The notes under the pieces are model-generated. The model searched no databases. It had not been told where the DNA came from and saw only the letters and a list, made by a program, of their open reading frames with translations. Of a stretch of DNA of 43,066 nt, positions 25,739-36,072 are shown in pieces; position 1 is the stretch's first letter, and each line of letters starts with the position of its first letter. The DNA lies in assembly GCA_012522135.1 (NCBI GenBank), contig JAAYLA010000376.1, positions 1 to 43,066 of the forward strand. Reading direction: 5' to 3'. The position numbers were made by a program, and so were the translations under genes. The DNA comes from Bacillota bacterium. Lineage in GTDB: Bacteria > Bacillota > Limnochordia > DTU080 > JAAYLA01.

Positions 25739-27523
25739 ATGCCGCTCGACGGACTGAGCGTACACGCCCTAAAGAACGAACTCGCCGAGCGTTTGACCAA
25801 CGCCCGTGTGGTCAAGATATTCCAGCCGTGGTCCGACACCATCATCCTGCACCTGCGGAGCGGAGATCGGAGCGAAAAGCTTCTCGTTTCGGCCTTCCCG
25901 GAGTTTCCTTCGGCCCATTTGACCCGGCTGCAGCCGGAAAATCCCCTGCAGGCGCCGATGTTCGCCATGGTGCTGCGCAAGCACCTGGAGCCGGCCCGGC
26001 TCCTGCGCGTCGACCAGGTGGGTCTAGACCGGATCTTGCACTTTGTCTTCGAGGCTTTCGACGAAGACGGACGGCGCACGGAACGCACGCTGGTGGCCGA
26101 GCTGACGGGACGGTCGGCCAATGTCGTTCTGGTCGATACGCCGAGGGCCCAGATTATCGACGCCCTGCGCCGCGGCGAGTCGGCGGGCCGTACAATGCTG
26201 CCAGGTGCGCCGTACGAACCGCCACCCGCCCCGGAAGAAGGTCGGCTTTCCTTTGATATCGACGCGCCCGTTCTGCTGCGCCATGTGCGGCTGGCCGCCT
26301 CACCCGAGCGCCTTGCCGGCATCTTGATGCAACGCTTGGAAGGTTTCAGCCCGTTCGCAGCCGAAGAATGCCTGCTCAGAGCGGGCTACTCACCGAAGAC
26401 GGTGCGCGGCGATCTCGACGTAGACGAGCTGCAGCCCGTCGTAGACGCGGCCCTCGATGTGGCGGCCCGTGTGCGCGACGGACGGATTGCGCCCACGTTG
26501 TTTCGTAAAGGCGGGCGCCTCGACTGTTGGATCCTTCCGCCGCACGCTGAGGGCGTGGAGGTCTTACGCCAAAGCCCGTCGATCAGCGAGGTCGCGGACG
26601 AGGCCTTCGCCGCACGGCACCTGGACGCGCGGCTCGGCCGCGAGCGCCGGCAACTGGCAAAACTATTGCGCCGCCATTTAAAGAGGGCGGAACGCAAACT
26701 CGACGAGCGGCTGCGGGAGCGCCGCGAGGCGGAAGAGGCCGAACGGTACCGCCATTGGGGCGATCTTCTGACCGCGAATTTATACCGCATTCCGTCCCGT
26801 GCCGAATCCGTCGACGTGCCCGATTACCTGCAGGACAATGCTCCCGTCCGCATTCCTCTCGATCCGCGTCTGTCAGCCGTGCAGAACGCGCAAGCCTACT
26901 ACAAACGCTATCAGCGGGCAAGGCGCGCCGCGGCCGAACTCGAGCGGCTTGTGCGCGATGCCCGCATGGAAGCCGATTACTTGGCACAAGTTCTCGTGTC
27001 CGTTGAACTCGCGGAGAGCGAGGACGACCTCGCCGAGATCGTGCAGGAACTGCGGGATCAAGGCTTGTTGCCGCCCGGCGGCTCCGACCGCAAGCGCAAA
27101 AGCAAACGGCGAGAGGAACCGTCCCGCCCCTTGCGTTTTGTCAGTTCCGACGGCCATACGATTTGGGTCGGCCGCAACAACCGACAAAACGAACGACTGA
27201 CCCTGCGGACGGCCAGGCCCCACGATCTGTGGTTCCACGCGAAGGACATTCCGGGTTCCCACGTTATCTTGCGGGCCGACGGGCCGGTATCCGACGAGGC
27301 GCTGCGGGAAGCCGCCGTCCTGGCCGCCTACTACTCCAAAGCCCGCAGTTCGGGGAACGTACCGGTCGACTTCGTCGAGCGGCGGCACGTGCGCAAGCCG
27401 GCCGGTGCGCCTTTAGGTTACGTGATCTACGACCATCACAGGACGATCTACGTCACGCCCACTGACGAGCTGGTCGCGAGGTTGCGCCCGTCCGACGAAG
27501 CCCTGGATTCCGGAGATACATAA
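25739..27523 (+). CDS. rqcH: Ribosome quality-control protein RqcH (FbpA/NFACT family)
   Basis: MPLDG, LRKHL, LDRI, ELTGRSAN, NAQAYYKRY, VGRNNRQNERLT, WFHAKDIPGSHV, AAYYSK. Confidence 0.95.
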   Translation: MPLDGLSVHALKNELAERLTNARVVKIFQPWSDTIILHLRSGDRSEKLLVSAFPEFPSAHLTRLQPENPLQAPMFAMVLRKHLEPARLLRVDQVGLDRILHFVFEAFDEDGRRTERTLVAELTGRSANVVLVDTPRAQIIDALRRGESAGRTMLPGAPYEPPPAPEEGRLSFDIDAPVLLRHVRLAASPERLAGILMQRLEGFSPFAAEECLLRAGYSPKTVRGDLDVDELQPVVDAALDVAARVRDGRIAPTLFRKGGRLDCWILPPHAEGVEVLRQSPSISEVADEAFAARHLDARLGRERRQLAKLLRRHLKRAERKLDERLRERREAEEAERYRHWGDLLTANLYRIPSRAESVDVPDYLQDNAPVRIPLDPRLSAVQNAQAYYKRYQRARRAAAELERLVRDARMEADYLAQVLVSVELAESEDDLAEIVQELRDQGLLPPGGSDRKRKSKRREEPSRPLRFVSSDGHTIWVGRNNRQNERLTLRTARPHDLWFHAKDIPGSHVILRADGPVSDEALREAAVLAAYYSKARSSGNVPVDFVERRHVRKPAGAPLGYVIYDHHRTIYVTPTDELVARLRPSDEALDSGDT

Positions 27524-27645
27524 AAGGCAAGAAACGGGCGAGTTCGCTTGCCAGCAAGCCATCTGCACCCGTCCCCTGCCCATGCGGCACGCCGCCCAAC
27601 GTCGAAGATATCATTGCACCGTGCGTTAGGGCAGCGTGTTGGAAC
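27521..27645 (-). ncRNA. Candidate small RNA or structured 3' UTR between purD and rqcH
   Basis: Sigma-H-like promoter at 27677-27651; long hairpin CACGCUGCCC-U-AACG/CGUU-GGGCGGCGUG; terminal GGCAAG/CUUGCC-UUUU. Confidence 0.35.
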
Positions 27646-27695
27646 TTGTAATACGCCGTCCGCACGGTTTTTCCTGCTGGCGCAGCCGAAAAGTA

Positions 27696-28973
27696 TCATC
27701 CCGAGCGCGCAAGGGCCCGGTGTGCGATGTCACGCCGGAACGTCATGCCTTCGAACCGGACGTGTTCCACGCCCCGGTACACGCGGGCAACGGCGTCCGC
27801 TATGTCCGTGCCGAGCCCAGCGAGCGTCAAGACGCGTCCTCCCGCCGTGACAAGACGCCCCGCCTCCTCACGGGTCCCGCCGTGAAATACAAGGCCGTCG
27901 AGTTCCTTTTCGGCGGCCGCGAGTCCCTCGATCGGATAGCCCGTCCGGAACGGGCCCGGATAGCCGGCCGAGGCCAGCACCACCGCCACGCACGGGCGCG
28001 GGTCCCACTCCAGCCGCACGTTCGACAGATCGCCCCGCGCCGTAGCGAGCAGGACGGGGACGATGTCGGTGCGAAGGCGCGGTATGAGCGCCTGGGTTTC
28101 CGGATCGCCGAAGCGGCAGTTGAACTCGATCACCTTGGGTCCTTCGGCGGTGATCATCAGCCCCGCGTACAGGATGCCGCGGTAGGGGCGCCCCTCCCGG
28201 GCCAGGGCCCGTACGACCGGAACCAAGATCTCGTCGTGGACACGCCGCATGACGGCCTCCGACACAACGGGAGCCGGTGAGTAAGCGCCCATTCCGCCTG
28301 TATTCGGACCGGTATCCCCGTCACCGATGCGCTTGTGATCTTGACTGCTGGCCATGGGCAGCACCCGTTCTCCGTCGACGAAGGCAAGGACGGTAGCTTC
28401 TTCTCCCTCTAAAAACTCTTCAATCACGACGCGCCGGCCAGCCGCTCCGAAGCGGCCGTCCACCATGATTTGGCGGACAGCATTCCTCGCCTCGTCCGCC
28501 GAGGCGCACACAAGCACTCCTTTGCCCGCCGCCAAGCCGTCGGCTTTCACCACGAGCGGAGCTCCGACCTCGGCGATGCGCGCTTCGGCTTCCTCGGGCG
28601 AATCGCAGACGTGAAAGGCCGCGGTGGGGATTCCGTAGCGCGCCATCAGCGTCTTGGCAAACACCTTGCTGCTCTCGATCTCCGCGGCTGCTTGCGTCGG
28701 TCCGGCGATGAGCAGTCCCTTCTCCGCAAAGCGGTCGACGATTCCCGCGGCCAAGGGGGCCTCGGGTCCCACTACGGTGAGGTCGATGCGTTCATCCGCC
28801 GCCCAAGCCGCGAGTTTTTCTACTTCCAACGGACCGATGGGAACGGGACGCGCGATGCGCTCGATTCCGGGGTTGCCCGCCGTGGCGTAAAGCTCCTTCA
28901 CCTCGGGGCTGCGCCTAATCGCCCAAGCGAGAGCGTGCTCCCGTCCTCCCGTTCCGACCACGAGTACCCGCAT
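27696..28973 (-). CDS. purD: Phosphoribosylamine-glycine ligase
   Basis: GTGGREHAL, VGPE, KADGLAAGKGV, QDHKR, GPNTGGMG, RFGDPE, GGRV. Confidence 0.97.
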   Translation of the reverse strand: MRVLVVGTGGREHALAWAIRRSPEVKELYATAGNPGIERIARPVPIGPLEVEKLAAWAADERIDLTVVGPEAPLAAGIVDRFAEKGLLIAGPTQAAAEIESSKVFAKTLMARYGIPTAAFHVCDSPEEAEARIAEVGAPLVVKADGLAAGKGVLVCASADEARNAVRQIMVDGRFGAAGRRVVIEEFLEGEEATVLAFVDGERVLPMASSQDHKRIGDGDTGPNTGGMGAYSPAPVVSEAVMRRVHDEILVPVVRALAREGRPYRGILYAGLMITAEGPKVIEFNCRFGDPETQALIPRLRTDIVPVLLATARGDLSNVRLEWDPRPCVAVVLASAGYPGPFRTGYPIEGLAAAEKELDGLVFHGGTREEAGRLVTAGGRVLTLAGLGTDIADAVARVYRGVEHVRFEGMTFRRDIAHRALARSG

Positions 28974-28992
28974 GCGATTTCCCCCTTTGCCC

Positions 28993-30537
28993 TCAGTGCT
29001 TGAAGTGGCGTACGCCGGTAAAGACCATCGCGATGCCCGCGGCGTTCGCCGCGTCGATCGACTCCTGATCCCGCTTCGAGCCGCCCGGCTGGACGATGGC
29101 GGTAATTCCGGCCTCGGCCGCCGCCTGCACCACGTCGGAAAAGGGGAAGAAAGCGTCGGATGCCAAACACGCGCCCTTCGCCTTGTCACCGGCCTGTGCG
29201 ATGCTCATGCGAGTCGGTAAGATCCGGTTCATCTGCCCAGCGCCGATGCCGACGGTCTGCCCGTCGCGCACGAGCACAATAGCGTTCGACTTTACGTGTT
29301 TGACGACACGCCAGCCGAACCATAGGGCCTCGAGTTCCTCATCCGTCGGCCCACGCTCCGTAACGACCCGCCAGCTGCGCGGATCTTCCTTTAAGACGTC
29401 GGCCTCTTGTACCAGAAGACCGCCCCGCACGCGCTTGAGGTCCAGGTGGCCATCGTGCCGGTCCGCTTGACCTGTGCGCAAGAGGCGCAGCGACGGCTTC
29501 TGCGTCAGGACGGCCAAGGCCCCCTCGGTGAAGCCGGGTGCGATGATGACCTCGAGAAAGATCTTGGCCAGCTCCCGGGCAACGGCCTCGTCCACCGTCC
29601 GGTTGAACGCAACGATGCCACCGAAGATCGACGTGGGATCCGAATCATGCGCTCGCCGGTACGCCTCCATGACGTCCGCTCCGATGCCCACACCGCACGG
29701 ATTCGTGTGCTTTACCGCGACCGCCGCCGGCTCTGTAAACTCGCACACGATATCAAAGGCTGCAGCTGCATCGTTCACGTTGTTGAACGACAAGGGCTTG
29801 CCGTGCAATAGCTCCGCCCCGACGACGCTCGGCCCTGCGGCGAACACGTCTTTGTACAAGGCCGCGGACTGATGCGGATTTTCCCCGTAGCGCAAGTCCA
29901 TTACCTTCTTGAACGGAAGGGTCAGCTCCTCGGGGTAAGCCCCCTGCTTTCCCGCGCGCTCCCGCAAGAAGGCTGCGATCGCGGCATCGTAAGCTGCAGT
30001 ATGGGCGAAGGCCTCCCAAGCGAGCTCGCGACGGTAATCCGGAGAAATGCCCTCGCCGGCCCGCAGCTTTTCCAGTACCTCGCCGTAGCGGTCCGGACGG
30101 ACAACAACGAGGACGTCCCGGTGGTTCTTGGCGGCGGCGCGCACCAAGGTGGGGCCGCCGATGTCGATCTGTTCTACGGCCTCCTCCAGGGTAACGCCGG
30201 GCCGGATCGCCGTCTCACGAAAAGGATACAAATTGACCACCACCATATCGATGGGGTCGATCCCGAGGCGCGCGATGCTTTCCATGTCTTGTGCCACGTC
30301 CCGGCGAGCTAAGATGCCTCCATGGATGGTCGGGTGCAAAGTCTTCACCCGGCCCGCCAGTATTTCGGGAAAGCCCGTGACGTCCGACACCTGCAGGACC
30401 GGAATGCCGGCTTCCTTCAGGTGTTCATAAGTCCCCCCGGTCGAAAGCAGTGTCACTCCCATGTCGGCCAAAGCCCTGGCGAACTCACGCACACCCGCCT
30501 TGTCCGACACGCTGATCAAGGCTCGCCTGACTTGCAT
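28993..30537 (-). CDS. purH: Bifunctional AICAR transformylase / IMP cyclohydrolase
   Basis: RALISVSDK, GRVKTLHP, DIGGP, LRYGENPHQ, KHTNPCG, KSNA, SDAFFPF, RHFKH. Confidence 0.98.
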   Translation of the reverse strand: MQVRRALISVSDKAGVREFARALADMGVTLLSTGGTYEHLKEAGIPVLQVSDVTGFPEILAGRVKTLHPTIHGGILARRDVAQDMESIARLGIDPIDMVVVNLYPFRETAIRPGVTLEEAVEQIDIGGPTLVRAAAKNHRDVLVVVRPDRYGEVLEKLRAGEGISPDYRRELAWEAFAHTAAYDAAIAAFLRERAGKQGAYPEELTLPFKKVMDLRYGENPHQSAALYKDVFAAGPSVVGAELLHGKPLSFNNVNDAAAAFDIVCEFTEPAAVAVKHTNPCGVGIGADVMEAYRRAHDSDPTSIFGGIVAFNRTVDEAVARELAKIFLEVIIAPGFTEGALAVLTQKPSLRLLRTGQADRHDGHLDLKRVRGGLLVQEADVLKEDPRSWRVVTERGPTDEELEALWFGWRVVKHVKSNAIVLVRDGQTVGIGAGQMNRILPTRMSIAQAGDKAKGACLASDAFFPFSDVVQAAAEAGITAIVQPGGSKRDQESIDAANAAGIAMVFTGVRHFKH

Positions 30538-31211
30538 CGACTGTCACCTTCTTTTTGCTCGTCCTGTTCGTGATCCCCTGCCGCCCCGGGCGCAAAGATC
30601 CGCACCCGCCGGCCTTCAACCCGGACCCTGCCGTCCAACACCGCCGCGATTGCACGGGGGTAAAGCTCGTGCTCCCGGCGTAGAATGCGCTCGGCGAGGC
30701 TCTTTTCCGTATCGTCCTCCAGCACCGGAACGGCTGCCTGCATGATGATGGGACCCGTGTCCATGCCTTCATCGACAAAGTGGACCGTGCAGCCCGACAC
30801 TTTCACGCCGTAATCGAGGGCCTGCCGGTGCGGATTGAGGCCTGGAAACGCGGGCAAAAGGGACGGATGGATGTTCACGATGCGCTGCGGGAATCTGGCC
30901 ACGATCCGACCGGGAAGAAGTCGCATATAACCGGCCAACACGATGAGGTCGGGCGCGATGCGGACCAAGTGTTCCAAAAGGGCCTCGTGGTACGCGTCGC
31001 GGTCCGGGAAAGCCCGGTAGTCGAGAGCCAAGGCTTCGATTTGCCGCCTCGCCGCCCTTTCGAGTGCCTGCGCATCCGGGCGATCGGATATCACGGCCAC
31101 TACCCTCGCCCGCAGCTCACCCCGGTCGATCGCGTCGAGTATCGCCTCCAGGTTCGATCCCCGGCCCGAAGCCATTACGACGAGGCGCGGCAGCTCCCTT
31201 ATCCGGGTCAT
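30516..31211 (-). CDS. purN: Phosphoribosylglycinamide formyltransferase
   Basis: SGRGSN, LAGYMR, NIHPSLLP, GCTVHFV, MDTGPII. Confidence 0.96.
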   Translation of the reverse strand: MTRIRELPRLVVMASGRGSNLEAILDAIDRGELRARVVAVISDRPDAQALERAARRQIEALALDYRAFPDRDAYHEALLEHLVRIAPDLIVLAGYMRLLPGRIVARFPQRIVNIHPSLLPAFPGLNPHRQALDYGVKVSGCTVHFVDEGMDTGPIIMQAAVPVLEDDTEKSLAERILRREHELYPRAIAAVLDGRVRVEGRRVRIFAPGAAGDHEQDEQKEGDSRCKSGEP

Positions 31212-32242
31212 GCGATCGTGACTCCCTTTTCGCCTGCTTCGATCCGTCCGATCACGTGGGCCTGTTCGCCGTGTTTGCGCAAGACGGCCAGCGCCTCGTC
31301 GACGTCGCCGGGTGCCACGATCACGGCCATGGCGACGCCCATGTTGAAGGTGTTCCACATCACGTCATCGTCTAGGTCGCCTAGCTCCTGAAGCCAGGGA
31401 AATACGGCGGGCACGGGCCAGCTGTCCCGTTCGATCACCGCGTGGGTCCCGGCCGCCATGGCGCGGGGCAGGTTCTCCGGCAGGCCGCCGCCCGAGATGT
31501 TCGCTATGCCCCGTGCGAGCTCCCGTTCGGCCAGCTCGCAAATGGGCCGGGCGTAGATACCGGTCGGGCGCAGTAGCTCTTCACCGACCGTGCAGCCGAG
31601 CGCCTCGACGTACGTATCCGGTCTCAGCCCGGCCCGTTCGAAGACGACCTTGCGGACGAGGGAAAAGCCGCTGGATTGCAAGCCAGTCGACACAATGCCC
31701 AAAATGACGTCGCCGGGCCGCACTTTTTCGCCCGTGATCATCCGTGCACGGCTCACGACGCCGACGGCGAACCCGGCGATGTCGTACTCCCCCTCCGCAT
31801 AAAACCCGGGCATCTCGGCCGTCTCGCCTCCGATGAGCGCGCAGCCGGCCTGCCGACATCCTTCCGCGACGCCTGCTACGATGGCTTCCGCCTGGGCCGT
31901 TTCGAGCTTGCCGACGGCCAGGTAGTCGAGGAAGAACAGAGGCTCCGCTCCGTGGCAGATGATGTCGTTGACGCAGTACGCCACCGCGTCGATGCCGATC
32001 GTGTCGTGCTTGTTCATCATGAAGGCCACTTTCAACTTGGTCCCCACGCCGTCGGTACCCGCGACGAGGACGGGGTCAGGATGCCGCGCCAAGTCCAGGG
32101 CAAAAAGGCCGCCGAAAGAGCCGATCTCTTGCAACACTTCCTTGCGAAAGGTCGAGCGGGCGTGACCGCGCATGCGCCGCACCGCTTCGTACCCTGCCTC
32201 GATGTCCACTCCTGCCGCCTTGTACGTGAGCCGCTCATCCAT
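31208..32242 (-). CDS. purM: Phosphoribosylformylglycinamidine cyclo-ligase
   Basis: TYKAAGVDI, TDGVGTK, FFLDY, GGETAEMP, TFNMG. Confidence 0.97.
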   Translation of the reverse strand: MDERLTYKAAGVDIEAGYEAVRRMRGHARSTFRKEVLQEIGSFGGLFALDLARHPDPVLVAGTDGVGTKLKVAFMMNKHDTIGIDAVAYCVNDIICHGAEPLFFLDYLAVGKLETAQAEAIVAGVAEGCRQAGCALIGGETAEMPGFYAEGEYDIAGFAVGVVSRARMITGEKVRPGDVILGIVSTGLQSSGFSLVRKVVFERAGLRPDTYVEALGCTVGEELLRPTGIYARPICELAERELARGIANISGGGLPENLPRAMAAGTHAVIERDSWPVPAVFPWLQELGDLDDDVMWNTFNMGVAMAVIVAPGDVDEALAVLRKHGEQAHVIGRIEAGEKGVTIA

Positions 32243-32267
32243 GGCCGTACCTCCTCAATACCGAGCT

Positions 32268-34514
32268 TCAGACATCCTTCATCAGCTCGGGGATGGACCG
32301 CCGCCAAGCGTCCGCGAGCTCGCCGACGGCAAGCTCCACACGGCCGCTCGCGGGCGCTCCGGGTGTCCCCGTCACGTCGAGCACCAGGCGATCGCCTCCC
32401 GTGCGACCCAAAACCGCGACCGGCACACCTTCCGCCTGGGCAACAGCCATCGCTTTTTCTACGTCTTTTTCCGCCACCGAGACGACGATGCGCGATTGCG
32501 TCTCGCCGAACAGGAGGGCATCCGCCCGGAAGTCGGCCTGGAGCTTGAGGTCCGCCCCCCGTGCCCCGGCAATGCAGCATTCAGCCAAAGCGACCGCTAG
32601 GCCCCCTTCCGAGCAATCGTGGGCCGAGCGGGCGATGCCTTCGGTAATGAGCCGGCGGCACACCTTTTGCACGGCCAGCTCCCGCGAAAGGTCGAGGCTG
32701 GGCGGCTCGGGGCCAACGATTCCCTTGAGCGCCAAATACTCGCTGCCGCCGAGTTCGTTACGGTTTTCGCCCAAGAGCAGCACGACGTCGCCGTCCCCTT
32801 GCCAGCCGCTGCCGACGCAAAGGCTCACGTCGTCTACCCGCCCCACCATGCCGACCATGGGTGTCGGGTAGATGGCCTGTCCGCCGCTTTCGTTGTACAG
32901 GCTGACGTTGCCGCCGGTCACGGGAGTCCCGAAGGCAAGGCAAGCGTCCCGGATGCCGCGGACGGCCTGTTCGAGCTGCCAGAAAATCTCCGGGTTTTCG
33001 GGACTGCCGAAGTTCAGCCCGTCGGTGATCGCCAGAGGGGTGCCGCCGACGCAGCTGATGTTGCGGGCTGCTTCGGCCACCGCGATCTGCGCGCCGAGGC
33101 GAGGGTTCAAATAGACGTAGCGCGAGTTGCAGGCGACGGACAGCGCAATGCCCCGCGCACCGTCCCCTACCTGCACGACCGCCGCATCAGCCGCGCCGGG
33201 TCCGAAGACGGTCCTGCCACCGGCTTCACTGTCGAAACGGGAATACGCCCACTCCTTGCTTGCGACCGTGGGCGAGGCGAGAAGGCGCAAGAGCTCCGCT
33301 CCGAGATCCAGCGGCACGCCGGCCGGAACCTGCACCTTACGCACTGCCGCCAAGTACGCGGGCTCCCTGCTCTCGGGATGGTACAGGGGAGCCCCGTCGC
33401 TGGCCAAAGCGCGGGCCGGAACCTCTGCCGCGGTCCGTCCACCGTGCAGCACGCGCAACATGCCGTCGTCCGTCACGGAGCCCACGACCGCCGCCGGCAC
33501 GTTCCACCTTTCGGCCACGGCCAAGACCTTGTCCTCCGCGCCATTCTCAACGACGAGCAGCATCCGCTCCTGGGACTCCGAAAGCATCATTTCAAAGGGC
33601 GTCAGGTCCTCGTCCCGCACGGGCACCTTGTCCAGATCGAGCTCGATTCCCGTGCCCGCCCGCGCCGCCATCTCGGCCGCCGAGCTCGTCAGACCGGCCG
33701 CACCCATGTCCTGCACGCCGACGACGAGGCCCGCGGCAATGAGTTCCAAAGTAGCCTCGATCAGCCGCCTGCCGGTCTCGGGATCGCCGATGGCGACGGC
33801 GCTTTCCGGCACCTGCGCTTCGTCGCCCAGCTCCGCCGAAGCAAAGCTCGCCCCGTGCACGCCATCCCGGCCCGTCTTGCCGCCGAGCACGATGACCGGA
33901 TTGCCCACACCGTCGGCCCGGGCCCTTGCCACGCCACCGTGAGGCACGATGCCGACGGCCATGACGTTGACCAGCGGGTTACCCGAGTAGGACGGATCGA
34001 AGTAGATCTCTCCGCCCACGGTCGGTACCCCCACCGCGGCTCCGTAATCCGCAATGCCCTGCACGACGCCGGAAAAAATCTCCCGCACCCGGGATTCCGT
34101 CAGTGGACCGAAGCGCAGGGAGTTCAATACAGCCACGGGGCGCGCGCCCATAGCGAAGACGTCCCGCAGACACCCGCCTACCCCCGTGGCCGACGCTTCT
34201 ACGGGCGCCACGGCGGACGGGTGGTTGTGGGACTCGATCTTGAAGACTACGGCTAGGCCGCCTCCGATGTCGACGACTCCCGCGTTCTCGCCTGGACCTT
34301 CCAAGATCTGCGGGCCGGAAGTCGGAAAAAGGTGAAACAGGCTCCGGCTGTGTTTGTATGAGCAATGCTCCGACCACAGGCCGCTGAACATGCCGAGTTC
34401 GGTCCAGTTCGGAGCCCGCCCGAGCCGCTCTTTGATCAGCTCATACTCATAGTCGGTAAGGCCCAGCTCCCTCCAGGCCTTACGCTCTTCAATCTGCTTT
34501 ACGGTCGGTTCCAT
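32268..34514 (-). CDS. purL: FGAM synthase synthetase subunit (short PurL, no glutaminase domain)
   Basis: WSEHCSYKHS, KIESHNHPS, DMGAAGL, SESQERM, GGNVSLYN, HDCSEGG; 748 aa. Confidence 0.97.
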   Translation of the reverse strand: MEPTVKQIEERKAWRELGLTDYEYELIKERLGRAPNWTELGMFSGLWSEHCSYKHSRSLFHLFPTSGPQILEGPGENAGVVDIGGGLAVVFKIESHNHPSAVAPVEASATGVGGCLRDVFAMGARPVAVLNSLRFGPLTESRVREIFSGVVQGIADYGAAVGVPTVGGEIYFDPSYSGNPLVNVMAVGIVPHGGVARARADGVGNPVIVLGGKTGRDGVHGASFASAELGDEAQVPESAVAIGDPETGRRLIEATLELIAAGLVVGVQDMGAAGLTSSAAEMAARAGTGIELDLDKVPVRDEDLTPFEMMLSESQERMLLVVENGAEDKVLAVAERWNVPAAVVGSVTDDGMLRVLHGGRTAAEVPARALASDGAPLYHPESREPAYLAAVRKVQVPAGVPLDLGAELLRLLASPTVASKEWAYSRFDSEAGGRTVFGPGAADAAVVQVGDGARGIALSVACNSRYVYLNPRLGAQIAVAEAARNISCVGGTPLAITDGLNFGSPENPEIFWQLEQAVRGIRDACLAFGTPVTGGNVSLYNESGGQAIYPTPMVGMVGRVDDVSLCVGSGWQGDGDVVLLLGENRNELGGSEYLALKGIVGPEPPSLDLSRELAVQKVCRRLITEGIARSAHDCSEGGLAVALAECCIAGARGADLKLQADFRADALLFGETQSRIVVSVAEKDVEKAMAVAQAEGVPVAVLGRTGGDRLVLDVTGTPGAPASGRVELAVGELADAWRRSIPELMKDV

Positions 34515-34577
34515 CAGACAGCACCCCCGCCGTAGTCTGAACCGGTTCGGAAACGTCCTAATCCGGCGCGCCCCACA

Positions 34578-35990
34578 TTACCCGACCTGACCGCCCCGCA
34601 GCGCCTGCAGCCGGGCCTCCCACGCGTCGCACACGGCGCGGGCCTTGCGCGCCGCGATGCCCACGTACTTCTCGGGCCGGTACAACACCTCAACCTGCTG
34701 AGGACTCAGCCGCTCGAGCCACGGTGCAAGCTCGCCGTGGGTTCGAAGGGTCTCGGTGAGCGGTGTGCCTTGCTTTTCCGCCTCCAACGTGAGGCGCCGC
34801 ACCGCTTCGTGGGCGTCGGGGTGTCCCGCGGCGGCGAGCAGGATGTACAACGGTTCGGCCACCACCATGTCCTTAGTGCGGTTGAAGTTCTCCTCCATGC
34901 GCGCCCGGTCGACGACGAGCTTGCGGCAAACCCGGCTCAGGCGGTCGGAGGCAAGAGCGGTGCCGTAGATCAGCTCGCCCAAGAAACGCCCCGACGCGGA
35001 ATTGGTCAGGTCGCGCTGATGCTCGGATATCTGGTCCATGTAGACGGTCAACATCCGGGGAGTAAACACTTTCCACAGGCTCTTCACGTGTTCGAAGTTC
35101 CAAGGATTGCGCTTGTGGGGCATGGTCGATGAGCCCACCTGTTCCGCGGCGAAAGCCTCTCCTACCTCGCCGATCTCACTGCGCTGCAGGTGCCGAATGT
35201 CGTCGCTGAAGTTGCCCAGGACGCCTAGGGTGCTGATCAGCGCGTGGGCAAAATCGGCCATATATTCGGGCTCGACGATTTGGGTGGAAACGGAACCGGG
35301 ACGCAGTCCCAAGATGGCGAGCACCTCGCGCTCGAACTCCTCCGGGTCGTCAAAGAATAGGCTTGCCGCATTGTAGGCGCCCACGGCCCCGGCCATCTTC
35401 CCCCGCAGCTCCTCGGCGGCATGGGCGACGGCTTCGATGCGACCGCCGAGCCGGGCTACGTATTCGGCCACGGCGAAGCCGAACGTGATGGGCACCGCGT
35501 GCTGGCCGTGGGTCCTGCCCATCTGCACCGTGTCCGCTTCCCGCCGTGCAATGGCCGCCCACAAGTCCCATAGCTCCAGCAGCTGCGGCAAGAGCAGGTG
35601 CCGTACGGCATCGCGAAACTGCAGGGCTCTCGCGGTATCCGTGATATCGACGGATGTTGCCGTAAGGTGTACGAAGGGCCGGGAGGCAGGGCTCACTTTG
35701 GACTGTATGACGTTGACGAGGGCGCGGACGTTGTGGCGGGTCCTGCGCTCCTCCTCCTGTACTTCGGCAGGCGTCACTGCGGCCGCGGCCCGCTCGATCT
35801 CCTCGGCCTGCTCGGGCGTGCAAATGCCGCGGTTTGCCAAGGCACGGGCCAACGCAGCCTCTACCTTCGCTTGGTAACGGACGGCCGCCTCCTCGGAAAG
35901 ATAAGCAGCGTAGGCGGCAAACATCTCCGGATTGGACGCACGGTAGCGGCTGTCCAGGGGACTGATCGTGAAAAAGTCAATCTCTGGCAC
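34578..35990 (-). CDS. purB: Adenylosuccinate lyase
   Basis: SPLDSRY, GRTHGQHA, GAVG, GSSTMPHKRNP, HQRDLTNSA; GAGGAG RBS and GTG start. Confidence 0.94.
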   Translation of the reverse strand: MPEIDFFTISPLDSRYRASNPEMFAAYAAYLSEEAAVRYQAKVEAALARALANRGICTPEQAEEIERAAAAVTPAEVQEEERRTRHNVRALVNVIQSKVSPASRPFVHLTATSVDITDTARALQFRDAVRHLLLPQLLELWDLWAAIARREADTVQMGRTHGQHAVPITFGFAVAEYVARLGGRIEAVAHAAEELRGKMAGAVGAYNAASLFFDDPEEFEREVLAILGLRPGSVSTQIVEPEYMADFAHALISTLGVLGNFSDDIRHLQRSEIGEVGEAFAAEQVGSSTMPHKRNPWNFEHVKSLWKVFTPRMLTVYMDQISEHQRDLTNSASGRFLGELIYGTALASDRLSRVCRKLVVDRARMEENFNRTKDMVVAEPLYILLAAAGHPDAHEAVRRLTLEAEKQGTPLTETLRTHGELAPWLERLSPQQVEVLYRPEKYVGIAARKARAVCDAWEARLQALRGGQVG

Positions 35991-36040
35991 AAAACGGGCT
36001 CCTCTCGCAATGTTCGCCTTTACACCGGATTGACACCCTC

Positions 36041-36069
36041 ATGCTAGCAAAGACAAGGGGCCGAGTCAA
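36041..36069 (-). promoter_or_regulatory. Sigma-A promoter of the purB operon
   Basis: TTGACT-N17-TAGCAT with TG extension. Confidence 0.6.
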
Positions 36070-36072
36070 CGA

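Noticed and set aside
27453-27665. 70-aa minus-strand ORF
   Set aside because: Weak RBS, overlaps the rqcH 3' end, and has no recognisable motifs.
32619-34256. Long antisense ORFs (545 aa here, 429 aa at 37911-39200, and others)
   Set aside because: Expected shadows of GC-rich codon usage opposite well-supported genes.
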